From assembly GCA_039630345.1 (NCBI GenBank), contig JBCNVD010000008.1:1-64000 (forward strand): a DNA stretch of 64,000 bases, in the 5' to 3' direction. The translations under genes and the position numbers were made by a program. This DNA comes from Aquificaceae bacterium. GTDB taxonomy: Bacteria > Aquificota > Aquificia > Aquificales > Aquificaceae. The notes below the pieces were generated by a model. It was not told where the DNA came from. It made no database searches and was given only the letters and a program-made list of their open reading frames with translations. Within the stretch, counting starts at the first letter, position 1. Every line of letters starts with the position of its first letter. This document shows positions 19,460 through 28,522 of the stretch, piece by piece.

Positions 19460-20509
19460 ATGAGAAGTTTCATTGCGTTTATGACAGCACTGAGTTTATG
19501 TCTTTCCCAAACCGTTGAGGTTCGAATACCCGGCGAAAGAGCCCAGCAACAGCCGATGCCTCCTCCGATGCAAATGTCTGGCGGTGGGAGCTCCATGGGC
19601 GCAGGAGCTATAATCATGGGAGTTCTTGGTGCTGTGCTCCTTGGTGCTATATTCTCAGGGGCATTTGGCTCTCAGGGGGGAAAGGCGCAAACAAATAAAG
19701 ACTCAAAAGGCAGATCTATTGCGCTTTTTGTCCCTTTTGAGTTTATAGTGGTGCATACCGGAATTTTGCAAGGTGTTGAGGTTTTGGAAACTTCAAGCTT
19801 TGAAGACATAACTTTTAGCCTAATTAGATGGGAAGATTCTATAGAAGCGCTTGAGAGAGCTCTTGGCAAGAGCGCTATTTTTATCCAGCCCAATTACATC
19901 TATCAAACCTTTGGAGAGGCGGGGCCTCCTCAGGGGATGGTAAATATCTCGCGCCCGAAGGGCGCGGTTTGTTTGCTTGATACAGGGGTGGATAGGGGGG
20001 TGCTGGGAGATAGAATCCTCTCCGTAAGAGACCATATTGGAGGAGCTTATGTCCCTGAGGACCACGGAACCGCGAGCGCTTTCTTAATTGCCAGAGAGGG
20101 GGCTTTTGTCTATGCTCACAGGGTTTGCTCTGAAGGCAGATGCACTTCCATGGCTTTTGCCAAGGGGCTTATAGGGTGCGTAAAAGACGGGGTGAGGGTT
20201 TTAAACACCCCCTTTGGAATGTACGGAGAGGATAGGCTCCTTGAGATAATTATAAGCAGGTTAATTGCAGGTGGATATAGAGTAGTTGCGCCTGTTGGAA
20301 ACAAAGAAGGAAAAGTTGCCTTTCCTGCCAGTTTGAGAGGGGTTTTGAAAGTTGCGGGAGAGCCTTGCTTTCCAAGGGGGCTTTGCGAGGATGCTATAAG
20401 AGAGCCATATAGAGTAAGAGCTCCGGGAGTTGGAGGAAGAGAGGCGGTTTTTGTAGGGACTTCTTTCTCAAGCGCCATCCATGCAGGAAAGATAGCGGTA
20501 TTGCCATGA
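19460..20509 (+). CDS. Minimal subtilisin-like S8 serine peptidase with signal peptide, Gly-rich hydrophobic segment and prodomain
   Basis: Triad LLDTGVD / DHGT / GTSFS, oxyanion APVGN; prodomain FVPFEFIV...QPNYIY. Confidence 0.82.
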   Translation: MRSFIAFMTALSLCLSQTVEVRIPGERAQQQPMPPPMQMSGGGSSMGAGAIIMGVLGAVLLGAIFSGAFGSQGGKAQTNKDSKGRSIALFVPFEFIVVHTGILQGVEVLETSSFEDITFSLIRWEDSIEALERALGKSAIFIQPNYIYQTFGEAGPPQGMVNISRPKGAVCLLDTGVDRGVLGDRILSVRDHIGGAYVPEDHGTASAFLIAREGAFVYAHRVCSEGRCTSMAFAKGLIGCVKDGVRVLNTPFGMYGEDRLLEIIISRLIAGGYRVVAPVGNKEGKVAFPASLRGVLKVAGEPCFPRGLCEDAIREPYRVRAPGVGGREAVFVGTSFSSAIHAGKIAVLP

Positions 20510-21264
20510 GGATGGTTGATGTGTCTTATAAGCCTCTTACTTTGCGCTATGCCAGAGCTGAGGGGTTTATAAGGCTTTTGCCATCTACTGTAGAGCTCAT
20601 AAGGCTTGGGAAGGTTCCAAAGGGGGATGTATTAAAAGCCTGTGAAATAGCGGCTATGATGGGGGGTAAGTTAACCTCTCAGGTGTTGCCGTTTTGTCAT
20701 CCTGTGCCTTATGAGGGTTCAAATGTCGAATCAAGGCTTTTGGATAGCGGGGTTTTTATGGCTTCAGAGGTGTGGGGAAGTGCCAGAACCGGGTTTGAGA
20801 TGGAAGCTCTCTTTAGCGTAAGCGCGGGGCTTTTGACAGTTTTTGACATGTGCAAGGGTTTTGATAGCAGTATGGTCATAGAGGGGATAAGAATCGTTAA
20901 AAAAATAGGTGGAAAGTCAGACTGGGGCATTGACCTGAGAGGTAAAAAGGTGGCTATTTTAGGCTCTTGCGAGTTTTCAAAGGCTCTGGAAGAGAGGTTA
21001 AAGTCCCTTGGTGTTTTAATTGATGAGAGTTTTGATATGTTAATTAGCTTTGAAGAGATTGATATAAGACCTTTTTATGGACTTGGCGCGGTTTTAAACT
21101 TCGAGCTTTTTTCCAAATCTCACGGAGCTATAAAGGATGGCATAAAGGTAGGTGAATATAGAGGGAAAACATGCGTAATTTTAGAGTGTTCACAGATTTT
21201 ATTTGATGCCTTTTTAGAGCTTTTGCCACTGAAAGTGCTATGGGATGGTGGTAAAAGAGCTTGA
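20506..21264 (+). CDS. moaC: Cyclic pyranopterin monophosphate synthase MoaC with C-terminal extension
   Basis: MVDVS, KGDVL, LPFCHP, TGFEMEAL, DMCKG, KIGGKS. Confidence 0.92.
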   Translation: MRMVDVSYKPLTLRYARAEGFIRLLPSTVELIRLGKVPKGDVLKACEIAAMMGGKLTSQVLPFCHPVPYEGSNVESRLLDSGVFMASEVWGSARTGFEMEALFSVSAGLLTVFDMCKGFDSSMVIEGIRIVKKIGGKSDWGIDLRGKKVAILGSCEFSKALEERLKSLGVLIDESFDMLISFEEIDIRPFYGLGAVLNFELFSKSHGAIKDGIKVGEYRGKTCVILECSQILFDAFLELLPLKVLWDGGKRA

Positions 21265-22021
21265 GAGTCTTCCAGAAGCTCTTAAAAACATAAGAAAACC
21301 CCCAAAGAGATTATATTTTTCCAGAGAGATTTCTTTAGGTTCGTATGTTGCCATAGTGGGAACAAGAAACCCATGTCCTGATAGTATTGAAATTACTAAA
21401 AAAGTGGTGAGGCTGGCCAAAAGATGCCAGTATGGGGTTGTTAGCGGAGGGGCTAACGGGATTGACTTTGTAGCGCATCAGGAGTGTCTTGATATTGGCT
21501 GTGAAACCATAATAGTCCTTGCTTGCGGATTAAACAAAGCCCCGGAAAGACTTCTTGAGCTAGAAAAGAGAGGGGCTATTTTGATAAGTGAGTTTGATCC
21601 TGATAAAAATCCCGCAAGGTGGAGATTCAGATACAGAAACAGGCTAATAAGCGCTCTTTCAAATAAGGTAATAATCATTGAAGCCGGTCTAAAGAGTGGG
21701 GCTTTGATAACTGCGCGCTATGCTTTAGAGCAAGACAAAGAGCTCTGGGCTTATAGAGGCAATGATTCTGAGAGATTCACAGGTTGCAAAGAGCTAATAG
21801 AGAAAAAACATGCAAAGGAGTTTAAAACCCCTTCTGAGATTTTTGGTCTTTCAGAGCCTGAAGATGTTGATATCTGGCTCTCAAATTTAAAGTTGCCTGC
21901 TACCTTTGACGAGATTCTTGAAATGTCCAAAATGCCAATGGGAGAGCTAGCGCTAAGACTTATGGAGCTTGAAATTTCGGGCAGGATAAAGCTCTTTGCA
22001 GGAAGGTATTTTCGTATTTAA
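21245..22021 (+). CDS. dprA: DNA-processing protein DprA
   Basis: [31 protein letters not shown]. Confidence 0.93.
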   Translation: MVVKELESLPEALKNIRKPPKRLYFSREISLGSYVAIVGTRNPCPDSIEITKKVVRLAKRCQYGVVSGGANGIDFVAHQECLDIGCETIIVLACGLNKAPERLLELEKRGAILISEFDPDKNPARWRFRYRNRLISALSNKVIIIEAGLKSGALITARYALEQDKELWAYRGNDSERFTGCKELIEKKHAKEFKTPSEIFGLSEPEDVDIWLSNLKLPATFDEILEMSKMPMGELALRLMELEISGRIKLFAGRYFRI

Positions 22022-22040
22022 TAGTTTAGAATTTTATTTA

Positions 22041-22313
22041 ATGCTGGCAATCAGGGTGTTTGTAGAGGGAAAAGTCCAGGGAGTTGGATTCAGGGCTTTT
22101 ACAAAAGCAAAGGCAACTGAGCTGGGTCTAAATGGATGGGTTAAAAACCTGCCAGATGGGAGAGTAGAGGCGCTTCTAGTGGGTGAGGAGAGGGCAGTCT
22201 GGGAGTGCATAATGGCATTATTTGATGGTCCACAGAGGGCAAAGGTAGAGTCCCTTTGTCTTTTAAAGGAGGTGGCTAATGATGTTAAAGATGGGTTTAG
22301 CATTGTTTATTAG
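22041..22313 (+). CDS. acyP: Acylphosphatase
   Basis: [21 protein letters not shown]; start re-assigned to ATG 22041. Confidence 0.93.
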   Translation: MLAIRVFVEGKVQGVGFRAFTKAKATELGLNGWVKNLPDGRVEALLVGEERAVWECIMALFDGPQRAKVESLCLLKEVANDVKDGFSIVY

Positions 22314-23334
22314 TGCTTTTGCTCTTGCCAAAACTGAATGCAAAATATATACCGTAAAAAAAGGTGATACCGCCTACTCAATAGCCAGAAAGAACGGCAT
22401 CACATTTCAGCAGCTACATAGGGCAAACTCAAGCAAGGACATCAAGTCTCTCAAAGCAGGTGATAGCATCTGCATACCGGTTTCGAAATCATCGCCTAAG
22501 ACTGATGTATATACAGTCAAAAAAGGTGCAAAACTTGAGCATGTTGCCCAAAAGCTAGGCATTCCGGAAAAGGAGCTAGAGCGTCTAAATCCAGAGCTCA
22601 AAAACAAGTGGCTATCGCCGGGGCAGAGCGTAAAAATCCCTGCCAGAAAGCAAAAACTTGATGAAAACAGATCTCCAAACCAGGGCGGGGTATATGTAGT
22701 CAAAAAACGCTCAAAACTTGAGCATGTTGCTCAAAAGCTTGATATTCCAAAAAAGGAGCTAGAGCGTCTAAATCCAGAGCTTAAAAACAAGTGGCTATCG
22801 CCGGGGCAGGTAGTTAGGTTGCCAAAGAGTCAGGTAGAAAAGACTCAAGTGGCAAAGACTCAGCCAGAGAGAGAGAGAGTAGCTGAAGAGAGAAAAGAAG
22901 TGCCAAAACAGACAGAGCAAAGACTGGTTTATAAAGAGCCCCAGAGAGAGTTTTCAGATCCAACCACAAGTTTAAAAGAGATGGGTCTTGAGATGCCGGT
23001 AGAGGGCAAGATGTCAAAGGTTCCAAGAGGTATAGAGATAGTAGCGCCATGCTCAAGCCCTATAAAGGCAGTTGACGGCGGTAAAGTCATCTATAGCGGG
23101 GGAGATTTGCAGGCGTATGGCAACATGATAATAGTAGAGCACGGGAATTTTATATCCCTTTACGCATACAATGAAGAAAATCTGGTCAGGCGCGGTGAAA
23201 GAGTCAGCAAGGGTCAGGTTATAGCAAGGGTAGGAAAGCGTCACAATGCAGAAGAATGTGCTCTAAGGTTTGAAATCCGAAACAGAGAGGGCGTGCCTCT
23301 GGACCCAACTGAGTATATCAAGGGCGTTAACTGA
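22279..23334 (+). CDS. Three-LysM + degenerate M23 domain protein (NlpD-like)
   Basis: YTVKKGDT LysM repeats; M23 GKVIYSG...YGNMIIVEH...[10 protein letters not shown]. Confidence 0.88.
   Translation: MMLKMGLALFISAFALAKTECKIYTVKKGDTAYSIARKNGITFQQLHRANSSKDIKSLKAGDSICIPVSKSSPKTDVYTVKKGAKLEHVAQKLGIPEKELERLNPELKNKWLSPGQSVKIPARKQKLDENRSPNQGGVYVVKKRSKLEHVAQKLDIPKKELERLNPELKNKWLSPGQVVRLPKSQVEKTQVAKTQPERERVAEERKEVPKQTEQRLVYKEPQREFSDPTTSLKEMGLEMPVEGKMSKVPRGIEIVAPCSSPIKAVDGGKVIYSGGDLQAYGNMIIVEHGNFISLYAYNEENLVRRGERVSKGQVIARVGKRHNAEECALRFEIRNREGVPLDPTEYIKGVN
22507..22809 (+). repeat. Internal 120-bp direct repeat (22507-22626 and 22690-22809) encoding LysM2 and LysM3
   Basis: 12 mismatches in 120 nt by manual alignment; period 183 nt. 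Confidence 0.9.
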
Positions 23335-23710
23335 TTTTTTTTACCATTATAGAGGTTTTTTGAAGGTTTTTCTGGATGATTTTTTTGGTTCTAACTTCGA
23401 ATATCTGATGGTCGCTTTTTATTATGCCTGCTTTTTCCATAACATCCCACAGACTCTTTAGCATGTTGTCTATGTCCCTTCTTCTATTGTCTGGCAAAGT
23501 CAGCTCTACTTCCACACAGACTTTACAATCAAGCGCACTCTTTAGCTGGGTGCTTGCTTGATTTATCAGCTCCCAAAGAGCTCTAACTTCCCAGTTTTTT
23601 ACCCTGTTTGGCTTAAATACCTTTCCGTTTTTTCTGCGAAGATATCTATTACTTTTAGGAATTGGCAAAGAAGATAGTTCAAAGAAGAAGACTTCAGACT
23701 CTTGATTCAT
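23327..23710 (-). CDS. rusA: Holliday junction resolvase RusA
   Basis: PKSN, RRRDIDNMLK, DDxQ-like SDHQI. Confidence 0.9.
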   Translation of the reverse strand: MNQESEVFFFELSSLPIPKSNRYLRRKNGKVFKPNRVKNWEVRALWELINQASTQLKSALDCKVCVEVELTLPDNRRRDIDNMLKSLWDVMEKAGIIKSDHQIFEVRTKKIIQKNLQKTSIMVKKIS

Positions 23711-24590
23711 CCTTGATGGGTAGGTTATAACCCTTTAAAGTTTCCAAGAGTAGATTGTAGTTTTCTTTGCTCATTTCGCAAAGAGGCAATCTCAGTTCTA
23801 ACTTGCACATACCCATCAAGCTACAGGCGGTTTTTACAGGAATTGGGTTGGTCTCTATAAAGAGCACTTTAAAAAGGGGAAGCAAGTAGTAGTGCAGTCT
23901 TCTTGCGTTTTTAAAATCACCGCGCAGGGCAAAGTCAACCATACTTTTGATTGCAACCGGCATTATATTATTTGCTACCGATATAACGCCCTTTGCACCA
24001 AGAGCCATCATAGGCAGAGTCAAAGAATCATCACCACTTAAGATGCTAAATCCATGACCTATGAGCCTATAGAGCTCTGAGATTCTATCCATGTTCTGGG
24101 TTGATTCTTTTGTCCCTACGATATTAGGGCACTCATCGACCAGTCTTTTAATGGTGTTTGGGCTTATTTCAACCCCTGTTCTGGAGGGGATGTTATAAAG
24201 AATTATGGGGATGTCTACTTCTTTTGCTACTGACAGAAAGTGGCGATATATACCTTCCTGAGTTGGACGATTGTAATATGGAGCTACCAGCAAGCAGGCG
24301 TCTGCGCCTGCTTTTTTTGCATGCTCTGTTAGTTCAATAGCTTCATGGGTTGCATTTGCGCCGGTTCCAGCAATGATTTTTATGCGATTTTTTGCAAATT
24401 CAACTGATTTTTCTATGACTTTTCTATGCTCTTCAAAGGTGAGTGTTGGGGACTCTCCCGTGGTTCCGCAAACCAGTATTGCGTCAGTGCCATGCTCTAT
24501 GTGGAAGTTTATTAAACTCTCCAGAGCCTCAAAATCAACATTTGAGTCTTTAAATGGCGTAATGAGAGCTACTATAGAGCCGCTAAACAT
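23694..24590 (-). CDS. dapA: 4-hydroxy-tetrahydrodipicolinate synthase
   Basis: ALITPF, GTTGESPTL, LYNIPSRTG, ETNPIPVK; start re-assigned to ATG 24590. Confidence 0.96.
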   Translation of the reverse strand: MFSGSIVALITPFKDSNVDFEALESLINFHIEHGTDAILVCGTTGESPTLTFEEHRKVIEKSVEFAKNRIKIIAGTGANATHEAIELTEHAKKAGADACLLVAPYYNRPTQEGIYRHFLSVAKEVDIPIILYNIPSRTGVEISPNTIKRLVDECPNIVGTKESTQNMDRISELYRLIGHGFSILSGDDSLTLPMMALGAKGVISVANNIMPVAIKSMVDFALRGDFKNARRLHYYLLPLFKVLFIETNPIPVKTACSLMGMCKLELRLPLCEMSKENYNLLLETLKGYNLPIKDESRV

Positions 24591-24626
24591 AAATGGTATT
24601 TTAACAAACAAAGTTAAAATCTAAAG
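24591..24626. promoter_or_regulatory. Putative bidirectional promoter (two back-to-back TAAAAT boxes)
   Basis: ATTTTAAC-AAACAAA-GTTAAAAT; boxes 7 and 6 nt from the dapA and ymdB ATGs. Confidence 0.6.
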
Positions 24627-25424
24627 ATGAAGTTTCTCATAGTTGGCGACATAATCGGGAAACCGGGCAGGAAGGCTCTAAAGAGCGCATTAGAGGAGCT
24701 AAGAGACTCTTTTGATGTGCTTGTTGTAAATGTTGAAAACTCCGCAGGGGGATTTGGTATAAACAGAAAGGTCTTTCAGGAGCTTAAAGACCTGGGCGTT
24801 GATGTTATGACCTCTGGCAATCACATATGGGACAAGAAGGAAGTTCTTGAGTTTATTGACATCTCCCATGAGCTTTTAAGACCCGCAAACTATCCAGATA
24901 ATGTCCCTGGTAGAGGCTATGGCATTTTTGAAAAGAACGGATTTAAGTTTGCTGTTATTAACCTCATGGGCAGGACATTTCTTGATTCTAACCTTGATAA
25001 TCCCTTCAGTGTCTTTGATAAAATCTATGAAGATATTAAAAACCTAGTAAATATCATAATAGTAGACTTTCACGCCGAAACTACCTCTGAAAAATGGGCT
25101 TTTGGACTCTATGTTGATGGGCGCGCAAGCGCAGTTTATGGCACTCACACTCATGTTCCCACTGCGGATGAGATTATTTTAAAATCCGGAACCGGGTTTA
25201 TAACCGATGTTGGAATGAGCGGATGTTTGTATTCTGTCATAGGTATGCGTCCAAAAGAGGTAATTCACAGGTTTTTATATGGCTTTAGTCAGAAATTTGA
25301 GGTAGAAGAAACTGGACCGATAGTCTTTAACGGGATTTTACTAGAAGTTTGTCAAAATAGCGGTAAAGCCCTCTCTATTAAAAGATTTCGGAAAATCTAT
25401 CAGGAGGAAAAGGTTGCGCTATAG
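24627..25424 (+). CDS. ymdB: YmdB-family 2',3'-cyclic-nucleotide phosphodiesterase
   Basis: GDIIGKPG, NVENSAGG, SGNH, DFHAE, GTHTHV, TDVGM. Confidence 0.93.
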   Translation: MKFLIVGDIIGKPGRKALKSALEELRDSFDVLVVNVENSAGGFGINRKVFQELKDLGVDVMTSGNHIWDKKEVLEFIDISHELLRPANYPDNVPGRGYGIFEKNGFKFAVINLMGRTFLDSNLDNPFSVFDKIYEDIKNLVNIIIVDFHAETTSEKWAFGLYVDGRASAVYGTHTHVPTADEIILKSGTGFITDVGMSGCLYSVIGMRPKEVIHRFLYGFSQKFEVEETGPIVFNGILLEVCQNSGKALSIKRFRKIYQEEKVAL

Positions 25425-26004
25425 AGAGCTCATCCTTGCAACCTCAAGCGAGGGCAAAATTTACGAACTCAGAGCTCTTATGAAAGGCATTAACCTCATC
25501 CCTCCCCCAAAGGTTCTTAAGATAGAAGAAGGTCCACACTCTTACTTAGAAAACGCCTATTTAAAAGCGCGCGCTTATTTTGAAGAGTTTAAAATCCCTG
25601 CGCTTGCGGAAGATTCCGGGCTTGAGATTTCTGCCCTTGGCAATATGCCCGGGGTTTTATCCTCAAGATTTTGCGAACTTGAATTTGGGGGGAAAGAGCC
25701 AGATACGGGAGTTAGCGCCAACATAAGAAAGGTTCTAAGGCTCATGGAGGGAAAAGAAGACAGAAGAGCCCTCTTTAGGTGCATTCTTCTAATCTACGAT
25801 GCCGGTGCCGGTCTTTGGGCAGAGGGTATTTGTAAAGGGGAGATTACTCAAATCCCGCGCGGAGCGCGGGGTTTTGGATATGACCCAATCTTCAAACCCT
25901 ATGGCGAGGAAAGAACCATGGCGGAGCTAAGCCCCGAGGAGAAAAACGCCATATCCCATAGAGCTATGGCTGTTAGAGAGCTCCTTAGGCTAATTAGTGG
26001 CTAA
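25414..26004 (+). CDS. rdgB: dITP/XTP pyrophosphatase (HAM1)
   Basis: EDSGL, PGVLSSR, GFGYDPIF, KNAISHR. Confidence 0.94.
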   Translation: MRYRELILATSSEGKIYELRALMKGINLIPPPKVLKIEEGPHSYLENAYLKARAYFEEFKIPALAEDSGLEISALGNMPGVLSSRFCELEFGGKEPDTGVSANIRKVLRLMEGKEDRRALFRCILLIYDAGAGLWAEGICKGEITQIPRGARGFGYDPIFKPYGEERTMAELSPEEKNAISHRAMAVRELLRLISG

Positions 26005-27457
26005 AGACTCTCTTTCTGGTAAATAGCATACTGATTCCTAGCTCTCTGGCTTTTTCGATAACTTCACGGTCTCTTATAGAGCCCCCAGGCTGGATGATTG
26101 CCTCAATTCCTGCATTGTGAGCAAGCTCAACACTATCGGGGAAGGGGAAAAACCCATCAGAGGCAAGACAGGAGCCTTTTAAATCAAAGCCATTTCTCTG
26201 AGCGCGCATGATTGCGCATCTTAAGCTGTCAATCCTTGAGGTGTTTCCTGTGCCTATAGCCAGAGTTCTTAAGCTCTTTGCAATCACAATTGCATTTGAC
26301 CTTGTTTGGGATACTACCTTCCATGCGAAAATAAGGTCTTGCATCTGGTTTTCAGATACACTCCCGCACACTGCTTGTGGCTCTATATCTTCGTCAAAAT
26401 TATCTTCCTGGAGCAAAAATCCTCCGCTTATGCTCCTTAGGCTATAGCCAATTGAGATACCAAAGCTCTTAATAATTCGCAGGTTTTTTTTGGTTTTTAG
26501 TATTTCAAGGGCTTCATCGGAAAAATCAGGGGCTATAACGACCTCTATAAAGTGTTCTATCAGGGCTTTTGCAAGCTCTGCGTTTACAAGGTCGTTAAAG
26601 GCCACAACCCCGCCGAAGGCGGATTCAGGTTCAGAATTAAAAGCAATTTCAAAAGCATCTATGAGGTTTTTCCCAAGCGCCACCGAAGCCGGCGTTGCAT
26701 GTTTAATAATTGCGCAGGCAGGATTTTTAAATTTTGTAATAAGTTTTTGCGCGCAATCAAAGTCAAGATAGTTGTTATATGACATATCTTTGCCGCCAAG
26801 TTTTATTGGAGTCCCGACTTTCTGAAAGGGATTTGACAAAAGCCATGCTTTTTGATGTGGATTTTCTCCATATCTTAAATTTTCTTGAAGTTTATAAGCA
26901 ATAGCACCCTTGTCTTTTAACTCATAACATAGAGCTCTGGATATTATTGCATCCAGATAAGAGCAGTAAGAAAATGCCTTGCTTGCAAGCGTTTTTCTAT
27001 CTTCCAGAGTTAAGGTATTATTAAGAAGTTTTTTTGCCACCCATTCGTAGTCTTTGGGGTCAACTATGACGCATACCCTTTGGAAGTTCTTTGCCGCAGC
27101 CCTTACAAGTGCGGGCCCTCCTATATCTATAAGCTCCACCAGATCCAGACCTTCTTCAAGACCTTTTTCGAAAGGGTAAAAATTAACCACCACCAGGTCT
27201 ATTGGGTTAATGTTTTCAACCCTGTCTTCCTGACGCATAAGTATTGAGGCAAAAACCATAGGGTGCAGACTCTTTACCCTTCCGCCAAGGAGCTCTTTAA
27301 AGCCTGTTATACTCTCAAGCGGAGTTACCTTATATCCAAGCCCTGCTATGAAATTTGCAGTGCCTGAGGTTGATAAAATCTCAGCGTCTAACCTGTCAAG
27401 AGTTTCTAAAAGCACCTCAAGATTGGTCTTTTCGTAAACTGAAATAAGCGCCCTCAT
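25994..27457 (-). CDS. purH: Bifunctional AICAR transformylase/IMP cyclohydrolase
   Basis: RALISVYEK, IDIGGP, LRYGENPHQ, ASDGFFPF, IQPGGSIRD. Confidence 0.97.
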   Translation of the reverse strand: MRALISVYEKTNLEVLLETLDRLDAEILSTSGTANFIAGLGYKVTPLESITGFKELLGGRVKSLHPMVFASILMRQEDRVENINPIDLVVVNFYPFEKGLEEGLDLVELIDIGGPALVRAAAKNFQRVCVIVDPKDYEWVAKKLLNNTLTLEDRKTLASKAFSYCSYLDAIISRALCYELKDKGAIAYKLQENLRYGENPHQKAWLLSNPFQKVGTPIKLGGKDMSYNNYLDFDCAQKLITKFKNPACAIIKHATPASVALGKNLIDAFEIAFNSEPESAFGGVVAFNDLVNAELAKALIEHFIEVVIAPDFSDEALEILKTKKNLRIIKSFGISIGYSLRSISGGFLLQEDNFDEDIEPQAVCGSVSENQMQDLIFAWKVVSQTRSNAIVIAKSLRTLAIGTGNTSRIDSLRCAIMRAQRNGFDLKGSCLASDGFFPFPDSVELAHNAGIEAIIQPGGSIRDREVIEKARELGISMLFTRKRVFSH

Positions 27458-27474
27458 GAGTAAAATAAGTTTAC
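27458..27474. promoter_or_regulatory. Putative 17-bp bidirectional promoter core between purH and secG
   Basis: GAGTAAAATAAGTTTAC: TAAAAT on +, TAAACT on -. Confidence 0.5.
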
Positions 27475-27828
27475 ATGTATTATATTCTCCTGACAGTTTT
27501 TGTTCTGGTCGCTCTTTTTTTAATTATTCTGGTTTTGCTTCAGCGAAGCAAAGGCGATGTTGGCTCTGCTTTTGGTGCAATGGGTCAGGGGATGTTTGGT
27601 CCCGGTGGAGTAGACACGATTCTTACAAAGGCGACATACTACACAGGGTTTTTACTGATGTTTCTTGCCCTTTTGCTTGCTTTTTTTCACCCTTCCCGTC
27701 AGGGTTCTTTAATAGAAGATGAAAGTAAGAGACCTTCTGAAGCAATTCCCCTCACTAAGCCTCAGGGACAAACTAATCCTGATTTGCCACCTAACAGGTC
27801 AGAGCCAGCTAAGCCTGCTGACAAATAA
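27475..27828 (+). CDS. secG: Preprotein translocase subunit SecG
   Basis: TM1-LLQRSKG-Gly loop-LTKAT-TM2. Confidence 0.93.
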   Translation: MYYILLTVFVLVALFLIILVLLQRSKGDVGSAFGAMGQGMFGPGGVDTILTKATYYTGFLLMFLALLLAFFHPSRQGSLIEDESKRPSEAIPLTKPQGQTNPDLPPNRSEPAKPADK

Positions 27829-28522
27829 CCTTAAGCTGGATGATTCCCAGATAGAAATCTTCTTCTCTAAAGCATCCATGGTTTTAAATGGATACCCTTT
27901 GCAGTATGCGATTGGAAGCTGGGAATTTTACGGACTTGAGTTTTTTTTAGAAGAGGGTGTTTTTATACCAAGACCCGAGACTGAGGTGCTTGTTGAAATT
28001 GTCCTAAAGAGACTCAAACCAGGTTATGTAGGTTTTGAAATAGGCACTGGAAGTGGATGCATAAGCATAACACTGCTAAAGCTCTTTAGTGGGCTAGTTA
28101 TGTGGGGTTGTGATATAAACCCAAAAGCATTCCTGCTTACACGTAAAAATGCTTTCAGGCACGGGGTTTTAAATAGACTTTTTGCCCATATTGGGGATAA
28201 ATTTTCGCAGGTTAAGGGTATGAAGTTTGACTTTATAGTGTCAAACCCTCCTTATATACCTAAAGAAATGTGGAGTCAATTGCCCGTTTGTGTAAAACTG
28301 GAAGGGTATAACTCAACGATTGCAGGTCCGACTGGTCTTGAGTTTTATAAAAGCGTAGTGCCAGAACTCTGTTTTTATCTAAAGCCCGGTGGTTTTTGTG
28401 CTTTTGAAATAGGTCATGACCAGGCAGGTGCAGTGAGCTCTTTGCTTAGAGAGCAAGGATTTAAGGCGATGGTTTTCAAAGACCTATCTGGAAAAGACAG
28501 AGTGGTTCTGGGATGGAGATAG
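27719..28522 (+). CDS. prmC: Release factor glutamine methyltransferase
   Basis: PLQY, FIPRPETE, GTGSGCI, SNPPY, KDLSGKDR. Confidence 0.94.
   Translation: MKVRDLLKQFPSLSLRDKLILICHLTGQSQLSLLTNNLKLDDSQIEIFFSKASMVLNGYPLQYAIGSWEFYGLEFFLEEGVFIPRPETEVLVEIVLKRLKPGYVGFEIGTGSGCISITLLKLFSGLVMWGCDINPKAFLLTRKNAFRHGVLNRLFAHIGDKFSQVKGMKFDFIVSNPPYIPKEMWSQLPVCVKLEGYNSTIAGPTGLEFYKSVVPELCFYLKPGGFCAFEIGHDQAGAVSSLLREQGFKAMVFKDLSGKDRVVLGWR

Noticed and set aside
22507..22809. Direct repeat as a CRISPR or mobile-element end
   Set aside because: In-frame LysM domain duplication
23327..23710. rusA as a prophage remnant
   Set aside because: Flanked by housekeeping genes and overlapping dapA
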